DNA of 64,000 nucleotides from Tubulanus polymorphus. Taxonomy: Eukaryota; Animalia; Nemertea. Below the pieces are notes generated by a model. It did no database searches, was not told the DNA's origin, and saw nothing but the letters and a program-made list of their open reading frames with translations. Shown here piece by piece: positions 62,740 through 64,000 of this stretch. The first letter of the stretch is position 1. Each line of letters opens with the position of its first letter. The position numbers were made by a program, and so were the translations under genes. The stretch covers positions 13,886,050 through 13,950,049 of the forward strand of contig NC_134026.1 in NCBI RefSeq assembly GCF_964204645.1, read 5' to 3'.

Positions 62740-64000
62740 CAATTATCTAACATGAGGAAGCTCGCCCTATATCTCTGTACACAAGATCAGTAACGCTGTC
62801 AATCAAACTGTCTACGACCATACAAACTACACACGCTGGGGTATATCTGGCTCAGATGAAAGACGTGGAAGAAACAGCACCAACTGTTTATCGGTAGGTA
62901 ATACAGAAATATTGCAGCCATTATGTCCAACAAAATATTTCTTTAAAGTGGCTAGATGTGGCCGCATACACATCTACTATTGAGAATTCCTCTGTAATAA
63001 TACGTAGAGATATTAATACAGGATCTATACTCCTACTTTTTGTAAAATGCACTTCAATTTTTCATCTTTTCTTCAGAGAATTTGTCATGGGAAATTTTGT
63101 TGCAAAGAGGAGTGCCACCAGCTTCAATCAAGTCTCGTTTGATCCAGCGACGGAATGGATGAACAGGATCTGTAAATTGGCGAATGGAATTATCGGGGTT
63201 TCTACAGGTTGGTTGAAAACTAGGAATTTTTGCACACTCAGTTGCAATGGGGGTCACATTCTTCTAAATGTTTGTTTACATTTTTAGTAAGATACTTTTC
63301 AGATCCCGTTAAGTCTGGGGAAAGTGGTTTAATAAACTAATTTCAGTGACAGGCTCTCAACCACCATACATTATCATTCTAGATGAAAAAGCAAGAAATC
63401 GATTCTGCATCACGTGGGCGACTAAATCACAAATAATGCAAGAGACAAAGATGTTGTTAGGTTTGGCAGATGCAGATTCAGACAGTAATATTACTACACG
63501 AAAGGAGGCATTGCCTCGTAGAGTATCCAGCGACAAAGCAGCAATCGAAAAACTCAGTCTCCTTAATAGTTTTAGAGTAAGTATACTACCGATTTCAATG
63601 TGAGATTTCTAATTCGATACGCTCGTACATGATGTGCTCAATTATGATCACATTTTATTTTTTTTGAAGGTCTTTGAAAGTGCTCCATCGGGACTTCCTA
63701 GATCTATCGTAACCAACGAAGTTGCCACAGTTAAGATAACGAAGGATCTTCTTTCCGCATCACAGTTGGGTAGAAAACATGTCGAGGCAGTGATAACTAA
63801 TCGACTTATGGACAAATCAACTGATTTCTTTCATCCAATCCCACAACAGAAGGCACAGACATTCAAAAATCTATACGATGCTCCTGTAGAAAAGCCAAAG
63901 ACTACCAAAAAGTACAAATTAGATTCTGATTCTGCTAAGTTCTTGCGGAAACTATTTATCGCTTCACAGAATGGTCGTGACGTAGACATGGCATATATTC
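62740..64000 (+). pseudogene. Academ(X)-like transposase fragment with introns, running off the window
   Basis: YDHTNYTRWG..MKDVEETAPTVY | EFVMGNFVAKRS..FNQVSFDPATEWMNRICKLANGIIG | DEKARNRFCITW; candidate GT-AG introns at about 62895-63076 and 63208-63381. Confidence 0.6.

Overview
AT-rich animal genomic DNA, probably from a marine invertebrate. It is made almost entirely of nested, partly decayed transposable elements, and I could not support any intact host gene. Retroelements: a degenerate Gypsy (about 5.8-11.9 kb), Gmr1-type Gypsy fragments, LINE remnants (Tx1/L1-like, RTE-X-like, CR1-like), a Penelope 3' end and an ORF1-only LINE with a TSD. DNA transposons: a P-element fragment, an Academ-like transposase fragment, many MITEs (Harbinger-, piggyBac-, Kolobok-, Tc2/pogo- and hAT-like) and at least six families of Helentron-type non-autonomous (HINE/DINE-1-like) repeats. 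The most notable items are largely invisible in the ORF track because they are spliced or frameshifted: (1) a 2.26-kb transposase-less Mutator-like element (98-bp TIRs, 9-bp TSD) carrying a multi-exon Ulp1/SENP-type protease + PHD finger gene; (2) a P element whose transposase lacks its usual C-terminal domain while a convergent spliced gene encodes a PHD finger plus a similar domain; (3) an ORF1-only retroposon; (4) an SGNH-hydrolase-like frame at the env position of the Gypsy. All family assignments come from recognising motifs by eye, not from database searches.
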